From a virus (Duplodnaviria > Caudoviricetes): DNA of 64,000 nucleotides. Shown here piece by piece: positions 62,500 to 64,000 of the stretch. The position numbers and the translations under genes are program-made. The DNA lies in the IMG/VR virus record IMGVR_UViG_3300037419_000693, positions 780-64,779 of that record; one strand, given 5' to 3'. Every line of letters starts with the position of its first letter. The first letter of the stretch is position 1. The notes beneath the pieces were generated by a model that was not told where the DNA came from, searched no databases, and saw only the letters and a list, made by a program, of their open reading frames with translations.

Positions 62500-63464
62500 C
62501 TTGGAAGGTTGTCGTCAACTTCTATGGTGACACGCACGACCCCTCTAAAAACAGGTGGCGTGGATGAAGATTCCGAACCTCTAGCCTCGTAAAACCTGCA
62601 TTGGTTCATGCGATAACCAGAAGGCGGGGGAGATACAAGGGTTGGATAAAGGGGCTTGCCGGGAACTAGACCATTCTTGTAGTCTAGTGCGTAAGCATTG
62701 TCAGCCGCCCTTGCGTTGGCGTCATAGAGATAGATTGACCTATCTTTCTGACGGGTAACGATGCTGACTAAGTTGTTTCTGTCCAGAGAGTTCTCAGCTA
62801 CGATGTGGAACAAAAAGTCCTGATAGACCCATTGAGATAGGTTGCCCAACTCTTTGGGGACCATGCGTTGCTTGGCTACACTCTCGATAACGATGAGCGG
62901 CAACTGAAGCTGGTGTTCTTTGAGTAGGTCGACCGACCCCGATGGGATGACCTGAGTGCTGGGCATCGAACCGAACGCATCGAACACTAGATTGGTGAAC
63001 CATGGCACGTCTTCGTCATACAGGCCGATACGCTTGTAAGAGTAATTCGCCTGAACGACGCTGGTAAGCGAGATAGGGTTGTCGAACGTTACCCGGCCGT
63101 TCACATAGTCCAGGTGGTAAGAATACTGTCCCGCGACTCCTAGGGGCTGGAAATCGCCATCCACGTAGATGCCCGAGACCTGTATTGGCTGCCTGGCCGA
63201 CTCCAAGCCAGACTCGTAGACCCAATTGCGGTAGGGGGCTTGCCAGACTCGCCCGCCCGACAGGCCGGGAACCGCCACCGGGGATAGGTTCTCAGCAGCC
63301 GCATACGGGGTGGAGTCGACCCCTAGCGAGTAGATTTCAACGTCATCATAAAAACCGGCCTCAAGCAGCCCCCACTCAAAGAAGGACATTAAGTTCTCTT
63401 CTAGTTGGTCGATAAGCTGACTATTGCCGGTACGGACCCCGTTGAGTTTTAGATAGTCTGTCAT
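62496..63464 (-). CDS. putative tail completion/terminator protein
   Basis: Upstream of the tail tube; LPLIVIE...QDFLFHIVAE...RNNL pattern; function from position. Confidence 0.45.
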   Translation of the reverse strand: MTDYLKLNGVRTGNSQLIDQLEENLMSFFEWGLLEAGFYDDVEIYSLGVDSTPYAAAENLSPVAVPGLSGGRVWQAPYRNWVYESGLESARQPIQVSGIYVDGDFQPLGVAGQYSYHLDYVNGRVTFDNPISLTSVVQANYSYKRIGLYDEDVPWFTNLVFDAFGSMPSTQVIPSGSVDLLKEHQLQLPLIVIESVAKQRMVPKELGNLSQWVYQDFLFHIVAENSLDRNNLVSIVTRQKDRSIYLYDANARAADNAYALDYKNGLVPGKPLYPTLVSPPPSGYRMNQCRFYEARGSESSSTPPVFRGVVRVTIEVDDNLPS

Positions 63465-64000
63465 TATACCCTCAATTTAATTTCTCTAGCAATAATATTC
63501 GCTACCGCCCGCTCAATTCCAGGAACGTTAAAGGCATTCACTAGAAAATTGTCATGAGGGAAGCCCGCGAACTCAGGGGGAACTCGCCAACCATCCCCCT
63601 TAATCATCAGAGCCAGCCCCGTACGAGAACGGGACCGAGCCGATGCGGTATTCGCCACTTCCACCTTGAAGCCGGTTATGATAATCCGGTCGCCCTGCTG
63701 AGTTAGCCAGTCAAGCCAGGGGATATCACGCCCCTTCTCAGTTAGATAGCTAGCTTCAGGCAGGGAAAGTATATACGTAAGGTCAGAGGGAAGGACGCTA
63801 AAGAGGATTTCCCCTTCTAGTATATTCCCCTGCCTTTTAATCGGGACGACGTCGGCCGAAATACCTCGTTTGATTGCCTCAAGAATCCCGTTAAGTCTTT
63901 GGTTGATATCGGGGACGCCCAACTCTCCTAGTAGCGGCTCACGTCCAATCAAGGACTGGTATTCGTCCGTACGTTGGATTAGCTTGTCGCATAGGTCTTG
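63464..64000 (-). CDS. putative neck/head-tail joining protein, 5' truncated by window edge
   Basis: Frame stays open to nt 64000 (QDLCDKLIQRTDEYQSLIGREP...); PWLDWL, RSRTGLALM, WRVPPEFAG motifs. Confidence 0.5.
   Translation of the reverse strand, partial: QDLCDKLIQRTDEYQSLIGREPLLGELGVPDINQRLNGILEAIKRGISADVVPIKRQGNILEGEILFSVLPSDLTYILSLPEASYLTEKGRDIPWLDWLTQQGDRIIITGFKVEVANTASARSRSRTGLALMIKGDGWRVPPEFAGFPHDNFLVNAFNVPGIERAVANIIAREIKLRV

Noticed and set aside
1-64000. Stop-codon reassignment, as seen in some large phages
   Set aside because: Genes are long and contiguous under the standard code; TGA, TAA and TAG all terminate well-supported genes, often with start/stop overlaps
1-64000. tRNA, rRNA and lysis (holin/endolysin) genes
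   Set aside because: No cloverleaf signatures, rRNA-like sequence or recognisable endolysin motifs seen; intergenic space is minimal

Overview
A 64-kb slice of a large tailed dsDNA phage genome, standard genetic code, very densely coded and arranged in two convergent blocks. The + strand block (1-41841) covers replication, recombination and accessory functions. It holds an alarmone-hydrolase-type HD protein, DnaB helicase, a DnaG-type primase, a beta-helix protein, dNMP kinase, a Cas4/AddB-like nuclease, NADAR and a Nudix protein. DNA polymerase III alpha is split into two genes, with an HNH endonuclease and an epsilon-like exonuclease between the halves and an HNH-carrying intein in the second half. 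SSB, ATP-dependent DNA ligase, a roughly 13-kb glycosyltransferase-rich region interleaved with RNA-repair genes, a Rad52-like/Whirly-like pair, a sigma70-type-promoter operon with six tandem membrane microproteins, and a secreted GH144-like glucanase follow. The - strand block (41866-64000) is tail morphogenesis: neck/terminator candidates, tail tube, chaperone-region genes, a 2919-aa tape measure protein with an embedded HExxH metallopeptidase, and distal tail proteins. No tRNA, rRNA or CRISPR array was recognised. All product calls come from motif recognition by eye; no database search was run.
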